Part shown: positions 40,854 to 50,852 of the stretch, one piece after another
How positions within the stretch are numbered: the stretch's first letter is position 1
Layout of the letters: each line of letters starts with the position of its first letter
Assembly (NCBI GenBank): GCA_964477125.1
Contig: CAYZCZ010000001.1
Coordinates: 43,790 to 107,789 of the forward strand
Direction: 5' to 3'
Source: an uncultured Candidatus Saccharibacteria bacterium
GTDB lineage: Bacteria; Patescibacteriota; Saccharimonadia; Saccharimonadales; CAIOMD01
DNA length: 64,000 bases
Program-made: the position numbers and the translations under genes
Notes under the pieces: model-generated
Database searches by the model: none
What the model saw: only the letters and a program-made list of their open reading frames with translations
What the model was told of the DNA's origin: nothing

Positions 40854-41117
40854 ATAACGACGATTAAACTTTTCTGTGGCAAGCTTACGGTTTGCTGATA
40901 TTACTAATACGAGAGTAGTACCCACATATGCTAAGCCAACTAAACAGCTTTCTAAAATATGCCCAGGAGTTAAATACACTAGCACGGTACCGGAAATCAT
41001 GGTCAACGCAAGCATAATATAGCTTCCTTTAATCTTTGCCTGTGATGGCTTAAAAAAAGATAAGGAAGAAAGTACAAGACTGGTAATGGCTATTATAATG
41101 TGTGCTATTAAAATCAT
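40833..41117 (-). CDS. Small three-TM hypothetical protein
   Basis: TATAAT 7 nt before ATG 41117; HIIIA, T..SG..L, C..G..Y. Confidence 0.65.
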   Translation of the reverse strand: MILIAHIIIAITSLVLSSLSFFKPSQAKIKGSYIMLALTMISGTVLVYLTPGHILESCLVGLAYVGTTLVLVISANRKLATEKFNRRYLHNDGL

Positions 41118-41139
41118 TAGCATTATTATACACAATTAT

Positions 41140-42009
41140 TTATGGCAACCAAGCATTTAATGAAATTAACGTGCTAAAAACTAATAAAACAACTAATGAA
41201 AAACTAAACATGGTATGTGCCCATTTTATACCTTCTTCTGACCGAATGGCTTTTAGTCCTAAAAATAGCCAGTAAATAGTAACTCCTAACATTACAATTA
41301 GGTAGATATAACTCAGTTCAGCAACAAAGAAAAGCATAGTCATGGTCATTCCTAGGGCGATTATATATGCGTTAATTTGCTTCTTGGTTTTTTGTAATCC
41401 CTTAATAGCGGGTAATACTGGTACCCCAGCTTTTTTATAATCATTTAGCCTAAATATTGCTATGGCATAAAAATGAGGCATTTGCCAAAAAACTAATATC
41501 AAAAATAATAGTCCCGCGGTAATGTCTATTTGATTTGTCACTGCAGTATAACCTGCAACCGGAGGCACGGCTCCGGAAACAGAGCCAACTAAAGTACCGT
41601 AAATATTTTTCCGCTTAAATATACTGTACATCACCAAATAAAAAAATAATCCAACCAGCCCACATGCAAGAGTTAGATAGTTCGTAAAGAAAGCAAGCAA
41701 TAGAGCGCCAGCAATTCCTAAAATACTGCCATAAATAATTGCATTTCTATTACTAATAGTTCCTGTAACGAGAGCTCTTTTTTTTGTACGAGACATATAT
41801 ATATCAATATCTTTATCAAGATAATTATTTATAACGCATCCGCAAGCAATGATTAACGAAGTTCCACCTAAAAGAGCCAGCATTAGACTAAAATTAATAA
41901 CCCCGTCACTAGCTAGTAAAAAACCTGCTAGAGCAACAATTAAATTACCCCTTATAATTCCTGGCTTTGTAAGCAAATAGTATTGTCGTAAGGTTTTTAT
42001 GAAAATCAC
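41140..42009 (-). CDS. cyoE: Heme o synthase (protoheme IX farnesyltransferase)
   Basis: LTKPGI, NN..D.DID..M.RT..R, GAVPP..GY, WQMPHF.AI. Confidence 0.96.
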   Translation of the reverse strand: MIFIKTLRQYYLLTKPGIIRGNLIVALAGFLLASDGVINFSLMLALLGGTSLIIACGCVINNYLDKDIDIYMSRTKKRALVTGTISNRNAIIYGSILGIAGALLLAFFTNYLTLACGLVGLFFYLVMYSIFKRKNIYGTLVGSVSGAVPPVAGYTAVTNQIDITAGLLFLILVFWQMPHFYAIAIFRLNDYKKAGVPVLPAIKGLQKTKKQINAYIIALGMTMTMLFFVAELSYIYLIVMLGVTIYWLFLGLKAIRSEEGIKWAHTMFSFSLVVLLVFSTLISLNAWLP

Positions 42010-42389
42010 TCTTTATGGATTAATTCATCATCAATTAATTTTTGATCAGTTTCGTGGGCGGGGGACATATTGTAATCTAGGTTATACATAATCCACATTG
42101 ATCCAATGAATATTATTGCCACAACCATTGCTCCAAACAGAAAAGCCATTAATTTCCATCTTGGTCTAGTCTCTTGGCCAATATGTAAAAAGAATATCAG
42201 CTGTACAATAAGCTGAATAAAAGCTAGCCCCAAAATTATAGGCACAACTAATTCATGCTTCAGGGTTTCGTGGCCCGAAACTACATGTAACTGCACTATA
42301 CCGAACGCGATTAGTGTCATTAAAATGGATAAACTAAATCCAGCAATATACTGCCTTATATTTGGCTGATGCATTTTCAAATTTTTCAT
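42006..42389 (-). CDS. cyoD: Cytochrome bo3 ubiquinol oxidase subunit IV
   Basis: Y..GF.LSI..T, Q..VQL.FFLH, GSMWIM.NL. Confidence 0.93.
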   Translation of the reverse strand: MKNLKMHQPNIRQYIAGFSLSILMTLIAFGIVQLHVVSGHETLKHELVVPIILGLAFIQLIVQLIFFLHIGQETRPRWKLMAFLFGAMVVAIIFIGSMWIMYNLDYNMSPAHETDQKLIDDELIHKE

Positions 42390-42979
42390 GAGCTAACCGC
42401 TCCTATTAGATAAACAAAACTAAATATAAATATCCAAACTATGTCCAAAAAATGCCAGAATAAACTAAATAATGTCAGCCTTAAAACAGTCGAGCTTGTA
42501 AGTCCTTTTTTGACTATCATTACTACTAATACCGCCAACCAGGTAAGGCCAATAGTAATATGAAGCCCGTGAGTGCCAACTAGGGTAAAGAATGATGATA
42601 AAAATGCACTGGCTTTCCAGCTATAACCTTCTTTAACCAAATTACTAAACTCAGCAATTTCCATACCTACAAAGGCAATACCCAATAGAAAGGATACAAA
42701 CAGCCACAGTAGCGTTTTAGAGGTATCTCGTTGGCGGGCGGATAAAATTGCTAACCCAGTAACAAAACTGCTAGTTAGCAACAGCATTGTTTCGATAAAC
42801 ACGTAAGGTAAGCTGAATAATTCACTAGCGTCAGGTCCACCATTAGTATTTTTATGCAATACAGCGTATACCGCAAATAAGCAAGCAAAAATAACCAAGT
42901 CGGTCATTAAATAAATCCAAAAGCCCAAGGTTACCTTAGAATTATTTTCCTCAATACGCTTGCTACTAATATTACTCAT
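42386..42979 (-). CDS. cyoC: Cytochrome bo3 ubiquinol oxidase subunit III
   Basis: [34 protein letters not shown]; start re-called at 42979. Confidence 0.95.
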   Translation of the reverse strand: MSNISSKRIEENNSKVTLGFWIYLMTDLVIFACLFAVYAVLHKNTNGGPDASELFSLPYVFIETMLLLTSSFVTGLAILSARQRDTSKTLLWLFVSFLLGIAFVGMEIAEFSNLVKEGYSWKASAFLSSFFTLVGTHGLHITIGLTWLAVLVVMIVKKGLTSSTVLRLTLFSLFWHFLDIVWIFIFSFVYLIGAVSS

Positions 42980-44948
42980 AGATAACCCCCCTAGCTTTGC
43001 CTTCAAGTAGGGCGACAGTTTTTGCTGGCATTACATATTCTGTATGATCATCGAACGAACGAACAATAATTGTTACGACAGTACTTATAAAAGCAAATAT
43101 AGCTAGCCACCAAATATGCCATACCACGCAAAAACCAAACAAAGTTACCAGGCCTGCAATAATAACTGCCAACGGAGTGTTCTTTGGCATTTCAATATCA
43201 TGATATTTTGGTTTTTCTAGTCCAGTAACTTTAGCCGTTTTAGAAACCCAAAAAGCATCACGTGCATAGACATTTGGAATTAGAGCAAAATTATATATTT
43301 TAGCAGGCGATGAGGTAGCCCATTCTAAGGTTCTACCATCCCATGGATCACCACTTTTATCAATATTTTTCTTTCGCTGCAAGACACTAACCACTAATTG
43401 CAATACAGTGAAGCCTACGCCGGCTCCAATTATTAATAATCCCACACCGGAAACAATAAACAAACCTTGCCAACCCATAGAACTATCGTAATGGTTCAAC
43501 CTACGCGTTGCCCCCATAATTCCTAATGCATAAATAGGTAGGAAAGTAACCATAAAACCAATTATCCAACACCAAGCCGAGTATCTTCCAAGCCTATCGT
43601 TTAGTTTAAAGCCAAATATCTTAGGGAACCAGTATACTAGCCCTGCCATATAAGTAAATACTACTCCTCCTATGACCATATTATGGAAATGAGCCACTAA
43701 GAATAAGCTATTATGAACCTGAAAATCTATAGCTGGCACAGCCATTAAAACACCAGTCACTCCGCCAATGGTAAAGGTTACAATAAAGCCCAAAAACCAT
43801 ACCATTGGTGTAGGGAAAGTTATTTTACCCCTGTACATTGTAAATAACCAGTTGAATACTTTAACGCCCGTGGGAATGGCAATAACCATGGTCATTATTC
43901 CAAAAAAGGCGTTAACATTTGCGCCTGCACCCATAGTAAAGAAATGATGAAGCCAAACAACGTAGGATAAAAAGGTAATTGCGACAATTGCCCAAACCAT
44001 ACTGGTATATCCAAATAGTCTTTTACGACTAAACGTGGCTACTACCTCAGACAAAATCCCAAAACCTGGGAGCATTAATATGTATACCTCTGGGTGACCC
44101 CAAGCCCAAATTAAATTTACATACATCATTGGGTTACCACCGGCTGTAGATGTGAAGAAATTCATTCCCATAAGCCTGTCTAATGACAATAAAGCTAAAC
44201 TAACTGTTAGTATGGGGAAAGCGAACAATATAAGAACCATGCTTCCTAGTACCGTCCAAACAAATATTGGCATTTTCATGAGTGTCATACCTGGTGCGCG
44301 CATTTTTAGAATTGTTGTGGTGAAGTTTATCCCTGAGAGCAGGCTACCAATACCAGCAATCTGCAGGGCCCAAATCCAGTAATCTACACCAACACCAGGG
44401 CTATATTGTATGCCAGAAAGTGGCGGGTAGGCTAACCATCCAGCAGCTGAAAACTCGCCAATACCTAATGATACATTTACCAAAATCATGCCCCCGGTGA
44501 ATAACCAAAAACTAACTGCATTCAAAAATGGGAAGGCAACATCGCGTGAACCGATCATAAGTGGCAATACAACATTAATCAGCCCAAACATCAGTCCCAT
44601 AGCTACAAAAAATATCATTATTGTACCGTGTGCCGTAAATATTTGCTGGAAATGATCGGCATCTAAAAAGCCTTGGCTAGAGCCAGAAGCAATAGCTTGC
44701 TGAGCTTTTAGCATCACAGCGTCGGCAAATCCACGCAGTAGCATCACAAAAGCAACCACAATATACATAATTCCAATTTTTTTGTGGTCTGTTGTTGTTA
44801 TATAGTTCTTCCACAACCAACCCCACTTTTTAAAATAGGTAAGGCCGGCAATAATCGCTATAAGGCTTAATATCATGCCAGCAACAGCACCCATTATTAC
44901 AATGTCATGCTGGAATGCGTCAATGCCTAGTTTACCTGTAATACTCAT
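42972..44948 (-). CDS. cyoB: Cytochrome bo3 ubiquinol oxidase subunit I
   Basis: DHKKIG; quinol-site R..D and H..Q (RGFAD, HFQQ); HG; WGHPEVY; WLHH; AHFH. Confidence 0.98.
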   Translation of the reverse strand: MSITGKLGIDAFQHDIVIMGAVAGMILSLIAIIAGLTYFKKWGWLWKNYITTTDHKKIGIMYIVVAFVMLLRGFADAVMLKAQQAIASGSSQGFLDADHFQQIFTAHGTIMIFFVAMGLMFGLINVVLPLMIGSRDVAFPFLNAVSFWLFTGGMILVNVSLGIGEFSAAGWLAYPPLSGIQYSPGVGVDYWIWALQIAGIGSLLSGINFTTTILKMRAPGMTLMKMPIFVWTVLGSMVLILFAFPILTVSLALLSLDRLMGMNFFTSTAGGNPMMYVNLIWAWGHPEVYILMLPGFGILSEVVATFSRKRLFGYTSMVWAIVAITFLSYVVWLHHFFTMGAGANVNAFFGIMTMVIAIPTGVKVFNWLFTMYRGKITFPTPMVWFLGFIVTFTIGGVTGVLMAVPAIDFQVHNSLFLVAHFHNMVIGGVVFTYMAGLVYWFPKIFGFKLNDRLGRYSAWCWIIGFMVTFLPIYALGIMGATRRLNHYDSSMGWQGLFIVSGVGLLIIGAGVGFTVLQLVVSVLQRKKNIDKSGDPWDGRTLEWATSSPAKIYNFALIPNVYARDAFWVSKTAKVTGLEKPKYHDIEMPKNTPLAVIIAGLVTLFGFCVVWHIWWLAIFAFISTVVTIIVRSFDDHTEYVMPAKTVALLEGKARGVIYE

Positions 44949-45875
44949 TTATTCAGTTCCATGGCTATTCATTTCTTTCGTTTCTGTATGATTACCCACA
45001 TTGCTAGAGCCCTTAAAAGTTGGCTCCATATACTTCATAATTATTTCATTATACAGATTATTATCTTTTAGCGAATAAATTACTACAGAGTTATTTGTAG
45101 AAGGCTCAGCAAGTTTTTGATATTCTGCCCAGCTCAAATATGAAGAAGATTCCTGAGATTTTGCAACCCAGTTTTCGAATTCAGTTTTAGTCGTTGCGTT
45201 AGTTTTAAAATCCATACCGGCAAAACCTTGGCCACTTAAATTAGCTGATGAACCGTCATACACACCAGGCTTATCAGCAATGAGATGCAACTTTGTTTGC
45301 ATGCCTGCCATTGCATAAATTTGACCACCAAGCTGTGGTATCCAAAACGAGTTCATTGGTGCATCGGCTGTAATTTCAAAATTTATAGGAGTATTTATTG
45401 GTATATTCAATTCATTTACACTGGCAATGTTTTGCTCTGGATAAATAAATAACCATTTCCAGTCCATTGCAACAACCTGAACTGTCAAAGGCTTAACAGA
45501 AGACTCAAGTTTTTTATATGGGTCCAAAGAATGACTTGTCTTCCAGGTTACAATACTTAAAATTAGAATAATTACTATTGGTATTGTCCACCATACAAAT
45601 TCAAGTTTTTTGTTTGAGTCCCATTCGGGCATATATTTTGCCTTTGAATTATTTGCTCTATATTTCCAAGCGAAAACAAAAGTCATAATAAACACTGGAA
45701 CTACTATTAACAATGACAAAGCTAGCGTAAACATAATTAAATTTTTTTGTTTTTGGGCAATTTCACCAGCAGGATTTAGAACAGCAAAATTTAATCCATT
45801 TAGTAGGAAGTAAGAACCAATTAATGACAAAATGCCAATGATTAATACTAAAAATATTACTGCTTTATTTTTCAT
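44949..45875 (-). CDS. cyoA: Cytochrome bo3 ubiquinol oxidase subunit II
   Basis: L.P.G, WKWLFIYP, NSFWIPQLGGQIYAMAGM; no CuA ligands. Confidence 0.95.
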   Translation of the reverse strand: MKNKAVIFLVLIIGILSLIGSYFLLNGLNFAVLNPAGEIAQKQKNLIMFTLALSLLIVVPVFIMTFVFAWKYRANNSKAKYMPEWDSNKKLEFVWWTIPIVIILILSIVTWKTSHSLDPYKKLESSVKPLTVQVVAMDWKWLFIYPEQNIASVNELNIPINTPINFEITADAPMNSFWIPQLGGQIYAMAGMQTKLHLIADKPGVYDGSSANLSGQGFAGMDFKTNATTKTEFENWVAKSQESSSYLSWAEYQKLAEPSTNNSVVIYSLKDNNLYNEIIMKYMEPTFKGSSNVGNHTETKEMNSHGTE

Positions 45876-46068
45876 AATAACTTAGGTAAATAATACCATA
45901 AGCAAAATAGATAACTAACAAATACTATTTACTGCAATACTATTGGTGGTATTACATTATTCTTTTTTAAATATTGCTTATCATGGCTAAAAACAATTTT
46001 TGAAATTTATCCTACCATTCCAGGGAATGGTGATTTTTTTGTACAGCAAAATCTATAGGTTATATACT

Positions 46069-46650
46069 CTAGATTTTTGAGCTTGCAGATTGTAATATTT
46101 TTTCTTCAAGATCTGGGTCGTTCCAGCCTAAAATTCTAGGAACATTTGGAACACGGCTATTCCATGGTTGGCTAAAAATCAAATGGTTCCATTTAGTTTC
46201 ATTGGTTCTTTTAATATTAGGCTTATCGTCTATCAATACAGAACCAACATACCTTTGCTTTTCCGAATCTATAATAGCTTCGTTTAAAATAAATTTTTCC
46301 AGACTTGGTACTAAGTTCGCATCTATCCATTCTAGCTTTTCGGGCTTAGAAAACTTATTCCTAAGTGGAGAAGATAAAATACGTGGCTGGAAACCAACAT
46401 CACATAAACGTAAAAGTCCCTCAGTAGCCATTTGTATTTGTGGTATATTTCTTGCAAAACCTTCTTTATCGTATATTTCCGCTATCAAATCTTTATACTC
46501 TTCTTCTTGGTAATTATCAGCCAAATAAAATTCAGACAATTCAACCCTAGGGAGTGGCTTACCAAGATTATTTGCTTCTAGGAATACTGCACCATTGAAA
46601 TCGGCAAGCACACCATCTATATCAACAAAAATCGTACTTTTCTCACTCAT
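46069..46650 (-). CDS. 5'(3')-deoxyribonucleotidase (HAD, NT5C-like)
   Basis: DIDGVLADF, SSP, K..W, LIDDKP, PWN. Confidence 0.9.
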   Translation of the reverse strand: MSEKSTIFVDIDGVLADFNGAVFLEANNLGKPLPRVELSEFYLADNYQEEEYKDLIAEIYDKEGFARNIPQIQMATEGLLRLCDVGFQPRILSSPLRNKFSKPEKLEWIDANLVPSLEKFILNEAIIDSEKQRYVGSVLIDDKPNIKRTNETKWNHLIFSQPWNSRVPNVPRILGWNDPDLEEKILQSASSKI

Positions 46651-46948
46651 TGCTTTCTATTATACATATCAAGTCCAAACCTAGAGACCGCATTATAATA
46701 TCAATCATAACTAGTTCTACGACTTTGGCCTCACTAAGACGAATGCAATGCGAAACAGTAAAAATTGCACCATCAATAGTATTTTGTATGGCATATTAGT
46801 CACATTTTTATCATAAAATAGTCGAATATTCATTCCAGCTATACTGTACAATTATTTGCATTTTTTTCAATGTACAAAATTTTCTATATTTACTAGGTAA
46901 AATATAGCGCATACAATCAGAGCATAGATTTATGAGAAGGATATTTAT

Positions 46949-48409
46949 ATGAAAAAAACGGGAAAAAATATCCAGCATGCAACTACCGAGGAAACTAAAG
47001 AGTCCTTGGATGGCTTAGATAATCCTGCAGATAAAACTAGGTTAGGTGTAGCAAAAAATTTGGGTTCTACTATTTTAGAAACAACAGTCTACCGAAAAAT
47101 TAGTCAATTAATATCATATGCCATAGATAAAACATACGAGACAGGGCCATTCCTTGAAAATAATATTGACTCAAAAAGACTTATTCGCATCATCGAGGGG
47201 GTTAATGATGCAGTTTATATGATAAGTCCAGAAGGAAAAATTGAATATATGAGTCCAGTTATAGAAAAGATCTCGCCAGGCTTTATAACGAAAGATATAA
47301 TTAACACCAATTTTATAGATTATGTATTCCCAGACGATATACCAAAAGTCCAAGAAGCTTTCTCTGAAATGGTAACAAATAAATCAGAAAGTGTTAGCGA
47401 ATTTAGAACTATAGATAAAAAAGGCGAATTAAGATGGCTAAGAGGCTCTGGGAATGTTATTTTAAAGGATGAAGCTGTTGTTGGCATTGTAGGCGTGCTA
47501 ACAGACATTACAGACAATAAAATACTTGAAGAAAAATTGAAGAAAAGTAATGAATTATTCGAAGATGTATCAGAAATTGCAAAAATTGGTGGTTGGGAGC
47601 TAGATACTATCACAAACGAAATAGTATGGACTAAGCAAATGTACAAAATTTCCGGCATTGAACCAGATGGACATCCACCAAGCCTAGAAGATGGCCTAGC
47701 CCTATTAGATGAAGATTCACAAAATATACTTAATAATGCCATTGATAAAGCTATGTCAGAAACTCTGCCATTTAATTTAGAACTACCTGTAAATATGCCC
47801 GACGGAAGTAAAAAATGGTTAAACATAGTTGGTAAAGTGAATTCAAGCAATGGAAAAGTAAAAAAATTAGCTGGCACTGTCCAGGACATAACTGTCCATA
47901 AAAAACTAGAAGAACTACTTAAAGAAAAAAATTCAAAAGACGAGCTAACCGGATTATTTAATAGAAATTACTACGAACAAAAAATACAAGAATATATTAA
48001 AGAAGCTAAGCCTGTTAGCGTAGTTTATATAGACGTTGATGGTCTGCATTCCATTAATAATAACTATGGCCACTTAGAAGGTGACAATTTGTTAATAGAT
48101 TTATCGAATATACTTATTACTAATTTCCGTGAAAATGATATTGTGTTTAGAACAGGGGGCGACGAATTTGTCACCATTATTCCATCCGACGAAGACGAAA
48201 TAATATTAACTATTATTAAAAGAATAAAAAATGCTGTAGAGGTATACAATAAAATAAAAAATCATCCCCAGTTATCTATATCTATGGGCTACGAAAGCTC
48301 AAGTTCAAGCCAAAATTTATTGGCTATTATCGCAAAAGCAGATGAAGCAATGTTAGAATCAAAAAGGTCAAAAATGAATGGAAGAGATAGCGATAAATTT
48401 ACAATCTAA
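46949..48409 (+). CDS. PAS-PAS-GGDEF diguanylate cyclase
   Basis: Two PAS/PAC domains (DITD, DITV), DELTGLFNR, RxxD I-site (REND), intact GGDEF. Confidence 0.93.
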   Translation: MKKTGKNIQHATTEETKESLDGLDNPADKTRLGVAKNLGSTILETTVYRKISQLISYAIDKTYETGPFLENNIDSKRLIRIIEGVNDAVYMISPEGKIEYMSPVIEKISPGFITKDIINTNFIDYVFPDDIPKVQEAFSEMVTNKSESVSEFRTIDKKGELRWLRGSGNVILKDEAVVGIVGVLTDITDNKILEEKLKKSNELFEDVSEIAKIGGWELDTITNEIVWTKQMYKISGIEPDGHPPSLEDGLALLDEDSQNILNNAIDKAMSETLPFNLELPVNMPDGSKKWLNIVGKVNSSNGKVKKLAGTVQDITVHKKLEELLKEKNSKDELTGLFNRNYYEQKIQEYIKEAKPVSVVYIDVDGLHSINNNYGHLEGDNLLIDLSNILITNFRENDIVFRTGGDEFVTIIPSDEDEIILTIIKRIKNAVEVYNKIKNHPQLSISMGYESSSSSQNLLAIIAKADEAMLESKRSKMNGRDSDKFTI

Positions 48410-48421
48410 ATAAAATATATC

Positions 48422-48685
48422 TTAAGTGATTGTCTTTTTAATTTTATCAAATTCTTCCTCATTAATTTCACCTTTAGCATAACGTTCTTTAATAATACCC
48501 AACGGATCATTAGTGTCGTTTGTACTACCAATCCAGCCTTGGCTATGAGAATATTTACCAATTAGTATTACAAGCAAAAATATAACTCCTGCAATAAAAA
48601 GCACCGACACTGCTCCAATAAGTAAGTTACTGAAATCATTGCTACTTTCAACCATATGTCTTGGTTCGTAATATGCACTGTTCAT
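48422..48685 (-). CDS. SHOCT-domain membrane protein
   Basis: Single TM, then IIKERYAKGEINEEEF; AGGAG SD. Confidence 0.88.
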   Translation of the reverse strand: MNSAYYEPRHMVESSNDFSNLLIGAVSVLFIAGVIFLLVILIGKYSHSQGWIGSTNDTNDPLGIIKERYAKGEINEEEFDKIKKTIT

Positions 48686-48822
48686 TTTTTTCTCCTAAGT
48701 TATTATTTTTATAAAATACTACTCATTACTTAAAACTCGCTTAAAACTAAAAATTATTTAAATGACGTAATAAATACTCCTTATTGGATTAACTCGCAAT
48801 AAAGTTGTATAGTCAGATAAAT

Positions 48823-50274
48823 ATGGAGTATAAATACTATCAAGGTAAACCCGCTGAAAAATGTGGGGTAGCGGCTGTATCAATTACGGATATAGATGAC
48901 CAGCCAGCTTCCGTATATGTCGCTAGAATTCTTAGCCGCCTACAGCACCGAGGAGCCGAGGCTACTGGTATAACTAGCTATAACCCAAATACTGAATACC
49001 TGGAAAGTCTAAGGAAAATTGGCTTAGTACGCGATGTTTACACTGATAATGCCATGGAAGGTTTAGTTGGTAAGCTTGCTATAGGTCATAACAAATACTC
49101 TACATCCGGCCGGAAAGATGCGCATTTACAACCTTTTACAGACTACCAAACCGGGCTTGCACTTGCCCATAATGGAAATTTACCAAATACAGCTAGCCTA
49201 GACGAAGAACTAGAGAAAAGTTTTATAAAAATTCGTCACTGGAATGATTCTGAAAAAATGGGATTACTGCTATCTAATAATATTAGAAAAGGTATGGATC
49301 TAAAAGAGAGTATTACCGAGGCTTACCCATTTTTAGTTGGTGCTTTTTCGTGCGTAGCTTTGTACAACAAACAAATTGCCGCTTTTCGTGACCCTTATGG
49401 TATTAGGCCATTAGAGCTAGGATGTGCAAACAACGGGACAATGGTGTCGTCAGAAACTATTGGTTTAGAAATAGTCAATGCACAGCATGTTCGGAGTATT
49501 GAGCCGGGTGAACTAGTCATAATTGAAGACGGGACAGTACAGTCATACCAAATTGCTGAGCCAAAGCCTAAATTAGATATTTTTGAATTTGTATATTTCG
49601 CAAGGCATGACAGTGTTTTATACGGGAAAAGCGTCAACCAAGTACGCCAGTCTTTTGGTAGAAAATTGGCAGAAGCACATCCGCCAAAATACCTAGAAAA
49701 AGAAAACATAATAGTAGTAGCCGTGCCAGATACTTCAATACCGGCAAGTGAAGGTTATGCAGATGCTCTTGGACTTCAGCATACTCAAGCAATTTTAAAA
49801 GACCGTTTTACTAGTGGAAGGAGCTTTATGCAACCAACCCAAAAAGAGCGTGAATCGTACGTGAATTTAAAACATAATATTATGAGCGAGCAAATCGAAG
49901 GAAAAGACGTGGTCTTAATTGATGATTCAATAGTTCGGCTAAATACAATGCCTGGCTTAGTTAAAAGACTATACAAGCTAGGCGCTAAAAGTGTAAACGT
50001 GTTAATAGCTTCTCCACCAGTGAGGTATCCAGATTTTTACGGCATTGATACTCCCGACCAAAAAGAGTTGGCTGCAGCAAATATGACTGTAGAAGAAATG
50101 AAGGAAAAAATTGGTTGTCGTTATTTAGGATTTCTGTCAATAGATGAGATGGTTGAGGCTACTGGTATAGCTAAAGATAAATTTAACCTAAGCCCCTTCA
50201 ACGGCATATACCCAATAGATATTGGCGACAATAAAAATAAGCTATACGAACCAACCGACAAACAATATATATAA
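48823..50274 (+). CDS. purF: Amidophosphoribosyltransferase (glutamine PRPP amidotransferase)
   Basis: Propeptide then CGV, LQHRG, GH..YST, HNGN, RDP.G.RPL, FEFVYFAR.DS, DDSIVR, YGID; start re-called at 48823. Confidence 0.93.
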   Translation: MEYKYYQGKPAEKCGVAAVSITDIDDQPASVYVARILSRLQHRGAEATGITSYNPNTEYLESLRKIGLVRDVYTDNAMEGLVGKLAIGHNKYSTSGRKDAHLQPFTDYQTGLALAHNGNLPNTASLDEELEKSFIKIRHWNDSEKMGLLLSNNIRKGMDLKESITEAYPFLVGAFSCVALYNKQIAAFRDPYGIRPLELGCANNGTMVSSETIGLEIVNAQHVRSIEPGELVIIEDGTVQSYQIAEPKPKLDIFEFVYFARHDSVLYGKSVNQVRQSFGRKLAEAHPPKYLEKENIIVVAVPDTSIPASEGYADALGLQHTQAILKDRFTSGRSFMQPTQKERESYVNLKHNIMSEQIEGKDVVLIDDSIVRLNTMPGLVKRLYKLGAKSVNVLIASPPVRYPDFYGIDTPDQKELAAANMTVEEMKEKIGCRYLGFLSIDEMVEATGIAKDKFNLSPFNGIYPIDIGDNKNKLYEPTDKQYI

Positions 50275-50350
50275 ATAATAATTTAGTTCCTACGTTATTA
50301 AGAATACTGTTATATATAAATATCTACCCAACTTGTGTAAATAGATGACA

Positions 50351-50379
50351 TTGACAAAATACCTTTTACTTTTTATAAT
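50351..50379 (+). promoter_or_regulatory. Perfect consensus sigma70 promoter
   Basis: TTGACA (50351-50356), 17 nt, TATAAT (50374-50379). Confidence 0.85.
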
Positions 50380-50419
50380 ATAATTATCATCTACACCCTA
50401 GCCCTTGGAGGTGATCGAG

Positions 50420-50761
50420 ATGGTGAAAGATGAAGAAGACATCCTGACGCTTATTGAGCAGGCAGGATTGTTGGATTACCTCCTAGACTTTAGGGACGTG
50501 ACAAAGCATACAAGCTATGAACCGTTCATCGAGGGAAGGAGGTACGAATTGGTCTTCGATGATAAGGCTGATATAAGGCCTATCATCGCAAACGAGAAGC
50601 TTACAATCAGAAGCTTCAGTCGCAAAGATGACGGAACCCTTAAAGTTGTGGTCGTGATACTAGCAGAACCACAGATGCTAGGACACTACAACACCGAGCA
50701 GTTCGTCAAGAAACCATACCTTTCAGACCTAGAGGGTATGTCAAAAGAAAATTCCTGGTAA
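50420..50761 (+). CDS. Hypothetical protein (113 aa)
   Basis: GGAGGTGA SD then ATG 50420; has its own promoter and terminator. Confidence 0.75.
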   Translation: MVKDEEDILTLIEQAGLLDYLLDFRDVTKHTSYEPFIEGRRYELVFDDKADIRPIIANEKLTIRSFSRKDDGTLKVVVVILAEPQMLGHYNTEQFVKKPYLSDLEGMSKENSW

Positions 50762-50771
50762 ATCACCAGGT

Positions 50772-50803
50772 CCCGCATCTTGAAATATAGGTGCGGGTTT
50801 TTT
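50772..50803 (+). terminator. Intrinsic terminator
   Basis: CCCGCATCT / AGGTGCGGG stem followed by TTTTTT. Confidence 0.85.
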
Positions 50804-50852
50804 CTTTACAATCTTATTGCATTATATTCATTTTTATTATATTATCTTTTTC

